64,000 bases of DNA from Octopus sinensis (GCF_006345805.1 NC_043002.1:10664001-10728000), one strand, 5' to 3'; positions 24,298 through 36,928 are shown, numbered from the stretch's first letter. Made by a program: numbers and translations. Notes: generated by a model not told the origin, from the sequence alone.

Positions 24298-24300
<3 letters not shown>
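23395..24300 (-). mobile_element. Non-coding retroposon-like repeat (~570 bp) with (AAT)n/(CAA)n tail, interrupted by a 328-bp insert
   Basis: Flanked by trinucleotide arrays; continuity restored when 23901-24248 is removed; recalled as a common octopus repeat (not verified). Confidence 0.55.
23901..24228. other. GC-richer orphan insertion flanked by a perfect 20-bp direct repeat
   Basis: acatgataacacttccaatc at 23881-23900 and 24229-24248. Confidence 0.85.
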
Positions 24301-24357
<57 letters not shown>

Positions 24358-24362
24358 TTATG

Positions 24363-24730
24363 GGTTTTTCTTCTTCTTTCAAATCTGCTTCCACTTCTTG
24401 CCGAGTGTCTTCCCGACTCCTAGGGCAAAGAAACTCATAGTATACATTGGTAGGCCATTAAACTAAACTCACTAGTTCGTTCATTTTTTTTTAAGTTAAA
24501 TTAAAATACATGGGTAGTAATAGTTCTCACAGCGACAATGCTCTTCTCAATACGTGTGATGTACCAGTTAAGACAATATTTTGCTCTTCTTGCAGGGATG
24601 GTAAGCCAGGGATCATTCTCATTTAATTTTCGGTTCCCTTCTTGATCATTCCTAGTGCTCCTACGATCACTGGTACTGTAACCGCCTTGAGATGCCACAT
24701 TTTCTCAATTTCAATGAACAGGTCTTTATA

Positions 24731-24817
<87 letters not shown>

Positions 24818-25187
24818 TTTTCCCCTTCTTTCAAATTTGCTTCCATTTCTTGCCGAGTGTCTCCCGACTCCTAGGGCAAAGAAACTCATAGTATACATTG
24901 GTAGGCCATTAAACTAAACTCACTAGTTCGTTCATTTTTTTTTAAGTTAAATTAAAATACATGGGTAGTAATAGTTCTCACAGCGACAATGCTCTTCTCA
25001 ATACGTGTGATGTACCAGTTAAGACAATATTTTGCTCTTCTTGCAGGGATGGTAAGCCAGGGATCATTCTCATTTAATTTTCGGTTCCCTTCTTGATCAT
25101 TCCTAGTGCTCCTACGATCACTGGTACTGTAACCGCCTTGAGATGCCACATTTTCTCAATTTCAATGAACAGGTCTTTATATTTTTA

Positions 25188-25267
<80 letters not shown>

Positions 25268-25340
25268 TTCCCCTTCTTTCAAATTTGCTTCCATTTCTTG
25301 CCGAGTGTCTTCCCGACTCCTAGGGCAAAGAAACTTATAG
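24363..25340 (-). mobile_element. RLE-type LINE 3' end, tandemly duplicated (451-bp period) plus a third short tail, in (TTA)n
   Basis: KYKDLFIEIEKMWHLKAVTVPVIVGALGMIKKG...GTSHVLRRALSL*; identical ORFs at 24501 and 24952. Confidence 0.85.
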
Positions 25341-25358
25341 TTATTATTATTATTATTA

Positions 25359-25392
<34 letters not shown>

Positions 25393-25879
25393 GTTGTTGT
25401 TGTTGTTGTTGTTGTTGTTTTTGTTATTGTTGTTGTTGTTATTATTATTATTATTATTATTATTTTGTAATCTATATTTACATCTGATCGTCTTAATTCA
25501 ATAGTATAGTCTATCTTTATGAGGAAATCCCATAAAATGTTGTAATTCTTATTCCCTAACACAGCCCATGTTCATACCACTTCTCTCTTACTCTAAACCA
25601 TACCCAAGGAGCTCTTCTACCTACGCGGTTGTGCTTCACTACTATCGACTCCGTAATACTTGTAAACAAGTCGAATATCAATAATGTAAAACGGTTGCAT
25701 TCAGTTTTGAAATGTGTATCATGTGGAAGTCGAGTTGTTTGCTGCCGACTTATGACTTTAAACCCCATACGATGTTCCCCATTTTGTGGGGAGGTTGGCA
25801 TCTCCATTCGCTATTGTTTCTGTAATGAAAATTTGTTTTTTCTTCCTCCATGCATAAAACACCAGACGATACAGTGAAG

Positions 25880-26270
25880 GTTGTTTATTACACACATATG
25901 AGTGAGAACACTTTGAGATATTTTTGGTATCTAACATATGTCAGATACTGCGAGCGCTGCTTCTGATTGGTCAATCCATGGTGATGACCCGAGGTCACGG
26001 TGACAGCGCTGCTTCTGATTGGTCAATTCATGGTGATGACCCGAGGTCACGGTGACGGCACTACTTTTGTCATTCATAAGTTACAACTAAACGTGAAGAA
26101 TTTAGTTATTGGGTTAATAAAATATGGTCGTTTATTCGTGTGTAATAAATAAAATACCAAACTCATTCCCTATGGATACCGTATTTATTACAACTCGTGG
26201 CTTGTAAACGTATCTAACGAGCGAAAGCGAGTTAGATACGTTTACAAGCCACTCGTTGTAATAAATATTC
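25880..26270. mobile_element. Non-autonomous DNA element with nested inverted repeats (Crypton-like layout, inferred)
   Basis: tttattacacac / gtgtgtaataaa (25884, 26138), terminal hairpin 26182-26267, internal 52-bp tandem pair. Confidence 0.5.
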
Positions 26271-26884
26271 TCTCTTTTTGAGATGTGGAGACAGGAGCGT
26301 TGCCGGAACGCAGTGAAAGGATGTGTGAACGGGACGCGTTATGTTGCTGCTTTGAAATCAGACGACAGCGTAATTTTCAACTACAAATTTGATGACGAAA
26401 TGAAAATGAAAACGTAATGAAATTTTAACAAAGAAAACATTGACGTTAACAACAGCAACAACGAATTTCATGAAAAATACAAAATGAAGAAATTTAACAG
26501 GAACACTGCAACAACAACAGACATAACAGGTCTTTCAGCAACATTACTCTACAGAGATAAGTGGAACTCTCTTTCGACTCTGATTTGAAGAAAATTTTCA
26601 AAAAATTTTCAAAAAAATGCCTGGTGAAACCTAATTTTCTTGGTGTACCACCATGTCAAAAAGATCAGATCGGAAAAACAAAATCTGTCACCTGTTATTG
26701 TCTTAACAAGGACTTTAGGGCATTTGAAAATCCGACCCCAGCACAGTCATACAAGTGCCTGAAAGATGTCTGGAGGACGTGGAGCGTATAAGAGTAGAGG
26801 TAGAAGGTAGAAAGATAAAATGTTATGCTTATGGGAGTACCACCTATCAAATCCTATCGCCAACAGTATAACCACATCTATACC

Positions 26885-26963
<79 letters not shown>

Positions 26964-26981
26964 CATACATACATATATATA

Positions 26982-27024
<43 letters not shown>

Positions 27025-27049
27025 ATATATATATACACCAAATATATAC

Positions 27050-27212
27050 GACGGGCTTCTTTCAGTTTCCGTCTACCAAATCCACTCACAAGGCTTTCGT
27101 CGGCCCTAGACTATAGTAGAAGACACTTCTTCAAGGTGCCACGCAGTGGGATTGAACCCGGAACCATGTGGTTGGTAAGCAAGCTACTTACCACACAGCC
27201 ACTCCTACGTCT
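27050..27212 (-). mobile_element. SINE-C 5' half
   Basis: Near-consensus head and CORE-like segment. Confidence 0.85.
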
Positions 27213-27388
27213 ATAATTCTAAATTCTAATTTCCTAACTGACCCTATTCGTTTTCATTTAACCACTTAACGGCACTTACACTCATACACATGCACATGCG
27301 GTCACGTGTACACACATGTGAACAATACGGAGTAGTTGCGATGAATCAGTGCGGTTAGTACGAATAGTTGTGCATTGTCAAGTATGGC

Positions 27389-27820
27389 GAAGGCGGCGAG
27401 CTGGCAGAATCGTTAGCACGCAGGGCGGAATGCTTAGCTGTATTTCGCCCGTCGTTATGTTCTGAGTTAAAATTCCACCGAGGTCGACTTTGCCTTTCAT
27501 CCTTTCAGGATCGATTAAATAGGTACCAGTTACGCATTGGGATCGATGTAAGTAACTTAATCCATTCCTCCAAATTGGAGGCCTTCTGCTTCCAGTAGAA
27601 AGTATTATTAATGTTGATATGTAGTGAACTGCCAGAATCGTTATCACACCTGGCGAAATGCTTGGCGGCATTTCGTCTGTCTTCATGTTCAGAGTTCAAA
27701 TTCCTCCGTGGTCGATTTTGACTTTCATCTTTTCGGGGTCGATAAATCAAGAACAATATACGAAACTGGGATCGATGTAATCGACTGGTCCCCGCCTCAA
27801 AAATTCCAGGCCCCATGTTA
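27389..27820 (+). mobile_element. Two tandem SINE-B T2 monomers
   Basis: Two heads, cores and T2-like tails. Confidence 0.8.
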
Positions 27821-27821
27821 A

Positions 27822-28260
27822 TAAGGCGGTGATCTAGCAGAATCATTAACACACTGGACGGAATGCTTTGCGGTATTTTGCCCGTCGAAGGCGGCGAGCT
27901 GGCAGAAACGTTAGCACGCCGGGCGAAATGCTGAACGGTATTTCATCTGCCGTTACGTTCTGAGTTCAAATTCCGCCGAAGTCGACTTTACATTTCATCC
28001 TTTCGGGGTCGATTAAATAAGTACCAGTTACGCACAGGGGTCGATATAATCGACTTAATCCGTTTGTCTATCCTTGTTTGTCCTCTCTATGTTTATCCCT
28101 TGTGGGTAGTAAAGAAATAGGTATTTTGGCCGTCGATACTTTCTGACTTCAAATTCCGCCTAGGTCGACTTTGCCATTCATCCTCTCGGGGTCGATAAAT
28201 TGAGTACCAGTGAAACACTGGGGTCGATGTGAGCGACGTTATCCCCACCCCCAAGTTGCA
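27822..28260 (+). mobile_element. Old SINE-B (T2) split by a young full-length SINE-B (T1) at 27889-28119
   Basis: 17-bp TSD ggtattttg(c/g)ccgtcga at 27872-27888 and 28120-28136. Confidence 0.9.
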
Positions 28261-28789
28261 CTTGGGGCAAAAATATGAAATCATTTTGTCTAGTATGGTT
28301 ACCATAAAGGTGAATGCGAACGGCCTACTGGTTAGTGGAGTTGCAGTCACAATCGTGGTTTTAATTTCACAACCGACTGGTGCGTAATGTTTTTAAGCAA
28401 AGCATTTCGTCAGACGCTGCTCTGCGATCCCTTCGACACTGGACATGTGGTATTGGCACTCCGGCGGTTTCGTCCTTCGTTTTCCATTTAGACTGCCAAA
28501 CATTGTCCGACCGATGATAACTCTGTTGTTTGACGCAGTCTAAATGGTAAACGGAGTCGTTAGCAGTCGGACAATTTTAACAGTATTTTTTCGCCGGCTC
28601 TAAATTCAAATGCCGCAGAGGTCGACCTTGAATTTCATTTGGGATCGATAAGATAAGAACCAGTCAGGTCCTGGGATCGCTGTAACTGATTGCCCCACTT
28701 CTTTCACAATTGCAGGCCTTGTGTCCAAATTGATACAAATTGGAAGGCGAAGAGCTGGCAAAATCGTTAGCACGTCGGACAAAATACGT

Positions 28790-30235
28790 ATCCTTTTTCT
28801 TTTCTTTTAGTTGTTTCGGCCATTTGACTGCGGCCATGCTGGAGCACCAATTTTAGTCGAACAAATCGACGCCCCCCAGGACTTATTTTTTGTAAGCCTA
28901 GTGCTTATTCTATCGGTCTCTTTTGCCGAACCGCTAAGTAAACACACCAGCATTGGTTGTCAAGCGAGAGTGGGGGACAAACACAGACACAAATAACAAA
29001 CACACACATACATACATATATCCGTCTACCAAATCCACTGACAAGGCTTTGGTCGGCCCGAGGCTATAGTAGAAAACACTCGCCCAAAGTGCCATGCAGT
29101 GGAAGTATGGAAGGCCAGCGGTGCCAAAATCACAAAGTATGGAAGGCCAGCCGTGCCCAAATCACAAAGTATGGCAGGCCAGTGGTGCCAAAATTGCTGA
29201 AAAATTTTTAGGGAAAATTTTCAGTGAAAATTTTCGAAAAATTTTTGGGGAAGATTTTCGGTGAAAATTTTCGAAAAATTTTAGGGAAAATTTTCAGTGA
29301 AAATTTTCGAAATATTTTTGGGGAGAATTTTCTAAAAATCACAAGGCCAGCGGTGCCAAAATAACAATGTATGGAAGGCCAGCGGTGCCAAAATCACAAA
29401 GTATGGGAGCCCAGCGGTGCCAAAATCACAAAGTATGGAAGGCCAGCGGTGCCAAAATCACAAAGTATGGAAGGTCAGCGGTGCCAAAATCAAAACGTAT
29501 GGAGGCCAGCGGTGCCAAAATCAAAAAGTATGGAAAGCCAGCGGTGCCAAAATCAAAAAGTATGGAAGGCCAGCTGTGCCAAAATTGGTGAAAAATTTTT
29601 CGGGAAAATTTTCAGTGAAAATTTTCGAAAAATTTTTAGGGAAAATTTTCGATGAAAATTTTCGGTGAAAATTTTCGAAAAAATTTTTAGGGAAAATTTT
29701 CGTAAAACCTTTGGGGAAAATTATCGGTGAAAATTTTCGTAAAATACTTGGGGAAAATTTTTGGAAAAATTTTCGAAAAATTTTCGAGTAAATTTCGGTA
29801 AAAATTTTCGAAAAACCATTGGGGAAAATTTTCGGTGAAAATTTTCGTAAAATATTTGGGGAAAATTTTCGAAAAATTTTTGAGTAAAATTTTCGAAAAT
29901 TGTTTGGGGAAAATTTTCTAAAAATCACAAGGCCAGCGGTCCCAAAATCTCAATGTATGGAAGGCCAGCGGTGCCAAAATCACAATGTATGGAAGGCCAG
30001 CGGTGCCAAAATCCCAAAGTATGGAAGGCCAGCGGTGCCAAAATCCCAAAGTATGGAAGGCCAGCGGTTCCAAAATCACAATGTATGGAAGGCCAGCGGT
30101 ACCAAAATCGGTGAAAAATTTTTCGGGAAAATTTTCAATGAAAATTTTCGAAATATTTCCGGGAAAAGTTTTCGGTGAAAATTTTCGAGAAATTTTTGGA
30201 TGAGAAGCGAGTTTCTTACCACACAGCCACGCATC
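28790..30235 (-). mobile_element. SINE-C split by a minisatellite block
   Basis: Body ends gtgccatgcagtgg at ~29102; head resumes gagaagcgagtttcttaccacacagccac at ~30202. Confidence 0.8.
29101..30199. repeat. Composite minisatellite: blocks of a 32-bp unit alternating with GAAAATTTTC-rich blocks
   Basis: Unit aagtatggaaggccagcggtgccaaaatcaca; order A-B-A-B-A-B. Confidence 0.95.
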
Positions 30236-30239
30236 GGTA

Positions 30240-30410
30240 TTTTGTACGACTTTTCGTTCTGAGTTCAAATTCCACCGAGGTCGATTTTACCTTTCATCCT
30301 TTCGAGGTCGATAAAATAAGTAACAATTGAGTATTGGGTTGATTTAATCGGCTTCTTCCCATCACACAAAATTGCTGATTTTGCTCCAAAATTTGAAGCA
30401 AGTATTTATA
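30240..30410 (+). mobile_element. SINE-B, T2 tail, head truncated
   Basis: gttctgagttcaaattccaccgaggtcgattttacctttcatcctttcgaggtcgataaaataag. Confidence 0.75.
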
Positions 30411-30807
30411 AACTGGTGTTTGAGAAAACTTTAATAAGCTAGGATCTCTTTTTTACTTTTGTCTAGTGTGGAAAGCCACAGTCGAACCACACAATCACCA
30501 CACAAAAAGATGTTCACACGTACGCATACACTCATATCATGTGTGTGTGTGTGTGTGCGCGCATATGTGAATCTGCACTCCACATATGTATATACGCATG
30601 CGTGTCTCCCGAATTATGTTTTGTGAAATAGTTGATTTTGGAACCGCTAAGTCATAAGTACGAACTCGGGACGTAGAGATTTCATTCCAGAAGGGCTTCA
30701 GTGTACGGTGCCTGTATTTTAAACGATATACCATTATCACACCGACCACAGTGCTTCATCGCTAAAATAACTGAACTCTCATCGCTGCACTGAGCAGATC
30801 CATCAAT

Positions 30808-31230
30808 ATGGCTCAGATCCATCTATATGGCTCAGAAACATGGACGTTATCAAAGAAGCTTGAGAGGCGGTTGGATGGAACTTACACTCGCCTCCTTATG
30901 AGAGCTCAAAATCTCTCGTGGAAGCGCCATCCAACCAAAATGCAAATATATGGGAAACTACCACCTGTATCATCTCTTGTGAAAGGTAGAAGTGTCCAGT
31001 TTGCTGGACATTGTTGTAGAGCTGAAAACGAGGTAATTTCTACTTTTCTCCTCTGGAAGCCATCTGCTCGCGATACCAGAGGGCACACACTCTTCTACCC
31101 TGATGTAATCTCCAGGGATACAGGCATCCAGCAACAGGACCTCGGTAATGCTATGATGGGCCGTGAAGTCTGGCGTAGCATAGTAAATTCCATTGTCTCG
31201 ACCACGGTCGAATAATGATGATGATGAAGA
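30808..31230 (+). mobile_element. 5'-truncated RTE-clade LINE 3' end (open C-terminal frame)
   Basis: LYGSETWTLSKKLERRLDGTYTRLLMRA...QFAGHC...REVWR; (GAT)n tail. Confidence 0.9.
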
Positions 31231-31754
31231 GTGTGGAAAATGATGTAGGAATATTTTTGAATCCTGAACACAAGTCATATGTGATTCTTTAAGGAATAAT
31301 TGAAATAAACCATTAATCTCAATACAGACTGACTATGAAAAACAAGCGATAATTTCCATGGCCAATCCCCAAGCGGTATTACATTTCTTATGCATGCTCT
31401 ACAGGGATGTATACAGCATGATTTCTTAAGCTGTATGCGCCCTAGGAAGAAATGTTGGATGACGTTAGCTTCTTCTCTCGAGATACGTATTGTATTTCTT
31501 CTGCTGTTCAATGAGAGTCACAGATACTCCGTTGCAGGAAGTTATGATTGAATTCCCTCTTAACAGAGAATAAGTAGATGAAGCTGGATGTGTTACAATT
31601 ACATGCTAATTAAGTCAGCTTTCTGAGAATATTTCAAGAGACTCAGAATCAGCTTAAAATTTGAGGATCGTGTGAATTGACAAGATTTTGCCTGCAAGTC
31701 CTAAATATTGATTCCATTAACAGGACATCGAATAAGCATTACAGCAGGCCTAAA

Positions 31755-31797
<43 letters not shown>

Positions 31798-31825
31798 GTG
31801 TGTGTGTGTGTGTGTGTGTGTGGTG

Positions 31826-31862
<37 letters not shown>

Positions 31863-31879
31863 ATGTGTGTATATAAATG

Positions 31880-32031
31880 TGGCTATGTGGCTGTATTGCT
31901 TCCCAACAACATGGTTCCGGGTTCAGTCGCACTGTGTGGCACCTTGGGCAAGTGTGTTTTATTATAGCCTCGGACAGACTAAAGCGTTGTGAGTGGAAAT
32001 TGTAGAGGGAAATTGAAAGAAACTCGTTATA

Positions 32032-32072
<41 letters not shown>

Positions 32073-32270
32073 TGTGTGTGCGTTTGTGTGAGTGTGAGTG
32101 TGTGTGTGTTCATCACCGCTTTACAACCGGTGTTGCTGTGTTTATAATCCCGCAACTTAGCGGTTCGGCGAAAGAAACCGATACTACAATTTCATGGCTT
32201 AAAAAACAAGTCCGAGTATGGATTTTTTTCATCTACATCCGGTCATGGCAGTGCTGCAGCATGGTTTCAG
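31880..32270 (+). mobile_element. SINE-C, diverged
   Basis: gtggcaccttgggcaagtgt CORE-like segment, internal (TG)n, tail remnants. Confidence 0.8.
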
Positions 32271-32361
32271 AATATACAAGCTTGTGGTATAAGTTTTATA
32301 TATTTTATACATTGCACATGCAAATAACGAATCTACACATAATTGTATAGCTCTGTCTCTC

Positions 32362-32401
<40 letters not shown>

Positions 32402-33174
32402 CATAGGTATGTATATATGTGTGTGTGATTATGCATATATATAAATATATACGTGTGTGCATACATAGATACCTGCATGCATATATACATACACACTCAC
32501 TCACTGATTAGGATCGTAGACTCGTTTTATGTATTAGCATAAAAAGCATTAAGGAAATAGAACTCTTTGATTGTTTTGTGCCGGAGATGGGGGAAATGTA
32601 ATTAGAAAATAGGTTGGTTGTTAACGAGGGTTCATTGCGTTCATCGTTAATGAATGAAAGACGCCCAGAATACCAGAGTTCATTACATTTTTTAACTGAT
32701 TAATATCGTGATATACGAACTGTTGATTGAGAATAATCTAAAGGGTTTTTAAGAATGTTCGTTTTGTTTTAACGCAAATTTGCTTGTATCTAAAATATAT
32801 TTATATAAAAATTACTCCATGATTGTAACGAATAATATATGTATATGAATATATATATATATATATATAATATATATATATAATATATATTATATCACAT
32901 TTCACATATATATGCATATAAGTATATATAATAATTAATATATATATATATATATATGTACATATTATACATGTATATATGTGTGTGTATATATATACAT
33001 ATTCATGACTATACATACACATATATTAATATGTGTGTATGTGTGAGTGTGCGTGCGTGTATATCGTCATGTGTTTTTCAGTCTTCATTTGTGTGTGTAT
33101 GTGTGAAGTGTGCCCGTTTGTCCGTATATCTATGTACTTATCTACCTATCTGTTTACGTACATACCCATTACCT

Positions 33175-33205
<31 letters not shown>

Positions 33206-33356
33206 AGTAGTTGAATGAATTATCTTAGTATGGATAATTCGGTTAACCGATACCTGGGTAGCAAATTTACGTTAGAAAAACACGGTTGAAGCTACATGCC
33301 AAGGGCAGAGATCACGTGCTTTCGTGTGGAAATTTGTGTTTTTTTAATACAAATAA

Positions 33357-33509
33357 ATGAAAGAATGGAGTTGACGACGATTTAACAAAATTCCTTTTTC
33401 TCGACATATGTTCGAAGGCTGCATATTCCTAATTTTGAATATGCAGCCTTCGAAACATATGTCGAGAATAAAGGAATTTGTTTAAATCGTCGTTCAACTC
33501 CATTCTTTC

Positions 33510-33512
<3 letters not shown>
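33357..33512. repeat. Near-perfect fold-back palindrome (~72-bp arms, 8-nt loop) abutting (TA)n
   Basis: atgaaagaatggag...gcatattc / gaatatgc...ctccattctttcat. Confidence 0.9.
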
Positions 33513-33544
<32 letters not shown>

Positions 33545-33546
<2 letters not shown>

Positions 33547-33810
33547 ATATATAATATATATATATATATAAATCAAAATGAGGGTGAAAAATTGGATATT
33601 AATTTGATAACATCAGTTTTAACACCAGTGGTCTAGCATATAAAACAACTGAGATTCAGTAAATAGTATTTCATACATAAATATAAGTGGGAATTTTTTA
33701 ACCACCATGTGGAAACCCTTACGCTAGAAGATGGTTGAAACCATAGCGGATCTTCTTCTAACGTAAGGGTTTCTACATAGTGGTTCCCTCTTATATTTAT
33801 GTATATATAT
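33545..33810. mobile_element. Short (TA)n-embedded element with internal inverted repeat
   Basis: Starts gagggtgaaaaattggatattaatt like 47750; IR tggaaacccttacgctagaaga / tcttctaacgtaagggtttcta. Confidence 0.5.
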
Positions 33811-34051
33811 ATATATCAAAGGAATTCCAACCGTGTCTGATTTTCACGTTTTATTTACAATCTTATAATAATATAATATAATAGAATAAAATAAGATAGT
33901 AGAATGTTAAATATTCATTATGATTGAACTAGTACTTTCATGCATTAAATTCTGCAATCTTCAGGTTCATGTAGTAGTGGTGACAGTCATGCTTCACAAT
34001 TTTTGACTGACACAATCACACACACCCATATATTATATATATATATATATT

Positions 34052-34110
<59 letters not shown>

Positions 34111-34679
34111 ATGTATGTATGTATGTATGTATTTATATATGTGTTCAACAGATCCAGCTCTCTTTCATACCATACCAAAATACGTCAAAACGGAAACAGA
34201 TCCCATAAAATTGAAAAGTTCACTGGACAAATTTCTTTAAAAGACACTGTGTAAAACTCCTACAGCCGGATATGTCTCCAACAATAATAACTCTTAGCTA
34301 GAATGGGCCATTGGGCCCTATATACGACTAAAAGGCTTCACGCGGTGGTGCTGTTAAGTTAGACACGGCCTGGGCCTCTACTGGCCGAAACCTAAAAAAA
34401 TATCCAGGTTATATATATATATTATAAACGTTTACATAACAGCCTACTAACAACTCTACCTTGTAATATAAACTGTGAGTATTTGGATATGACTACCTTC
34501 TACGTATATTTCCTATTTAGTGCTGAGTATGTTTCACTTACGAGGACGTACTCATGCATTTGTCTGAGTGTTGTGTCCTTAGCGTGCTTGGATAAAATGC
34601 GAATGTCAAGTTTACCCAGTGTGCCTCTATATTGGTCTTTGGCATCTAGGTATATATGCATATACATACATACATATAC

Positions 34680-35087
34680 GGAGTGGTAAGTAGCTTGCTA
34701 ACCAACCACATGGTTCCGGGTTCAGTCCCACTGCGTGGCATCTTAGGCAAGTGTCTTCTGCTATAGCCCCGGGCCGACCAATGCCTTGTGAGTGGATTTG
34801 GTAGACGGAAACTGAAAGAAGCCTGTCGTATATATGTATGTATATATATATATGTATATGTTTGTGTGTGTTTGTGTGTCTGTGTTTGTCCCCCTAGCAT
34901 TGCTTGACAACCGATGCTGGTGTGTTTATGTCCCCGTCACTTAGCGGTTCGGTAAAAGAGACTGATAGAATAAGTACTGGGCTTACAAAGAATAAGTCCC
35001 GGCGTCGATTTGCTCGACTAAAGGCGGTGCTTTAGCATGGCCGCAGTCAAATGACTGAAACAAGTAAAAGAGTAAAGAGTAAAAGAG

Positions 35088-35090
<3 letters not shown>
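34680..35090 (+). mobile_element. SINE-C, near full length, young
   Basis: Near-consensus sequence; tail gaaacaagtaaaagagtaaagag. Confidence 0.9.
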
Positions 35091-35119
<29 letters not shown>

Positions 35120-35268
35120 CGTGTATGTGTGTGTTTGCATGTATATATTTATGTATGTATGCATCTATCTATCTATATAATACATGCATATATATACAGA
35201 TAGATAGATAGATAGATAGATAGACAGACAGATAAATGTATATGCATGCATATATATATACGTATATG

Positions 35269-35309
<41 letters not shown>

Positions 35310-35319
35310 CACAAAATAT

Positions 35320-36928
35320 TTCTTCTAAATATCGGAGGGCCGTTGCATGTCAACTGTAAAACAAAAGTCTCGTTCCTGAGATACCTTCGTGCATGCAATC
35401 TCAGATCTTAGACCTCATATAGGGCATGGAAAAATACACATACCACAAGATGTTGCCATACGCTCAGATTGAAGAGAAAGGAGCCATGGTGGAGTTGCAG
35501 TGTACATCCAAGAGAACCTCAGAGCACAGGGCCTACTATAATATTCAAATTCAGTGTGTTACACTCAACTAAATATTGTTATATGTACTACATATCACCC
35601 ACCGGATGCTCCAAATTATACAGACAATTATAAAGACTGCCTAGTAAAGATAGGATTTCTCAGCAAACTGGAGCAACACATGAGCTGGTCTTTGGCAAAT
35701 TTAAAGAAATCTTTAGCATTCAACTTGGTATTTTCTATAACCTAAGCTTCCTTATCTGCTCTCTGTTTTTTCTTAGTGTGGGATAGTCTGAAGGCCAGAT
35801 GCTCCCAAGATTGATACACCAGGAAGTCCCTACTCCACATTATCAGTGCTTCATTTGTGGAGCAAACTGTGCGGCAACCCACAATAGCAAATAATACACT
35901 GGATCTCTGCTTCACAAAAATACGGACATTATCCATTATGTTAAAGTGACACCGACGCTGGTCTCGGATCACAACATAATAGAGCTGTCTTTGTATGGAC
36001 CAAAAGCTCCTGCAAACCTGCAGCCTACACAAAGCACCCCAAATTTCTCCAAACTGAATTTTCATAAAGCAAACTGGACGTTGGTTGAGAAAGAGATCTT
36101 CAAACAAGATTGACCTAAATGTCTCTCCACACCAGGCATTGACATGAAACACATATTCATGTCCGTAATGCAAGCCATATGTGACAAATCTGTCCCAGAG
36201 CACAAGGCCTACATATACAAAAACAAGATCCCTAGGGAAAGTTGACGAACAAAGATTACGAACAGCCTGAACAAGCACTTCAAAAGTAGGGAAAAGACTC
36301 AGCTGGAGAGGATGTTGTTGGAGATTGAGATAAATCTGCATCAATCTCACGAGTGCATATAAGGAAGCTTGGGTTATAGAAAATATCAAGTTGAACGCTA
36401 AAGCTTTCTTTAAGTTTGCCAAACAAACAGCCTCAGTGCACCACAAGATAGGACCTTTCTTCCACAAAGACAGGAAGCCCAATGAGGATAAGGGAAATAC
36501 TGAACAAACACTTCCAAAGTGTGTTCGCTACACTTCGGAGACACAGGCAAGTGAATAAACCTTCAGAATTCTTTGTCTCTTTATTTGTAACCAAAGAGGT
36601 GATAATTGATTATAACATTAAAGAAGATGTAGCACTTGCCGTAGATGAAGTTGGCACAAACTCAGCTACTGGTCCTGATGGATTCCCAGCAATCCTTCTC
36701 AAATCGTGCAAACGAGCCCTTGCAAAACCACTGAAGCGTCATTTTCAGAGCTTTCTTGCAAATGGTAGCTTCCAGACAAACTGAAGGAAGGAATAATATT
36801 CCCTATCCATAAAGGAGAGAACAGAGCAGATGCTAAAATATCTCTCTGACCTCACACATCAAAGTCAAGGAACGAATAGTTCGTAAGGAACAAATTGCGT
36901 TCCCTGAAGAAAGTGACTTGCTGACTGG
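35320..36928 (+). pseudogene. Decayed CR1-group LINE ORF2: APE endonuclease, linker and start of RT; 3'-truncated
   Basis: SHGGVAVYIQENL, YHPPD, NNTLDLCFT, SDHNIIEL, GPDGFPAILLKSC, IFPIHKG across frameshifts. Confidence 0.9.

Noticed and set aside
28479-28550. pre-miRNA-like hairpin
   Set aside because: Large loop and overlap with degenerate inverted SINE-B head sequence; better explained as repeat debris.
29196-29922. Heat-shock or NF-kB element cluster
   Set aside because: GAA/TTC spacing is 0 or 4 rather than the 2 of an HSE, and sites do not fit GGGRNNYYCC.
29101-30199. CRISPR-like array (32-bp repeats)
   Set aside because: Units are contiguous with no unique spacers, there are no cas genes, and the context is eukaryotic.
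34360-34410. Further hammerhead candidates (here and at 9123-9150)
   Set aside because: Only half of the core is recognisable in each; too degenerate to call.
35742-36482. 246-aa minus-strand ORF
   Set aside because: Antisense shadow of the decayed CR1 ORF2 on the plus strand.
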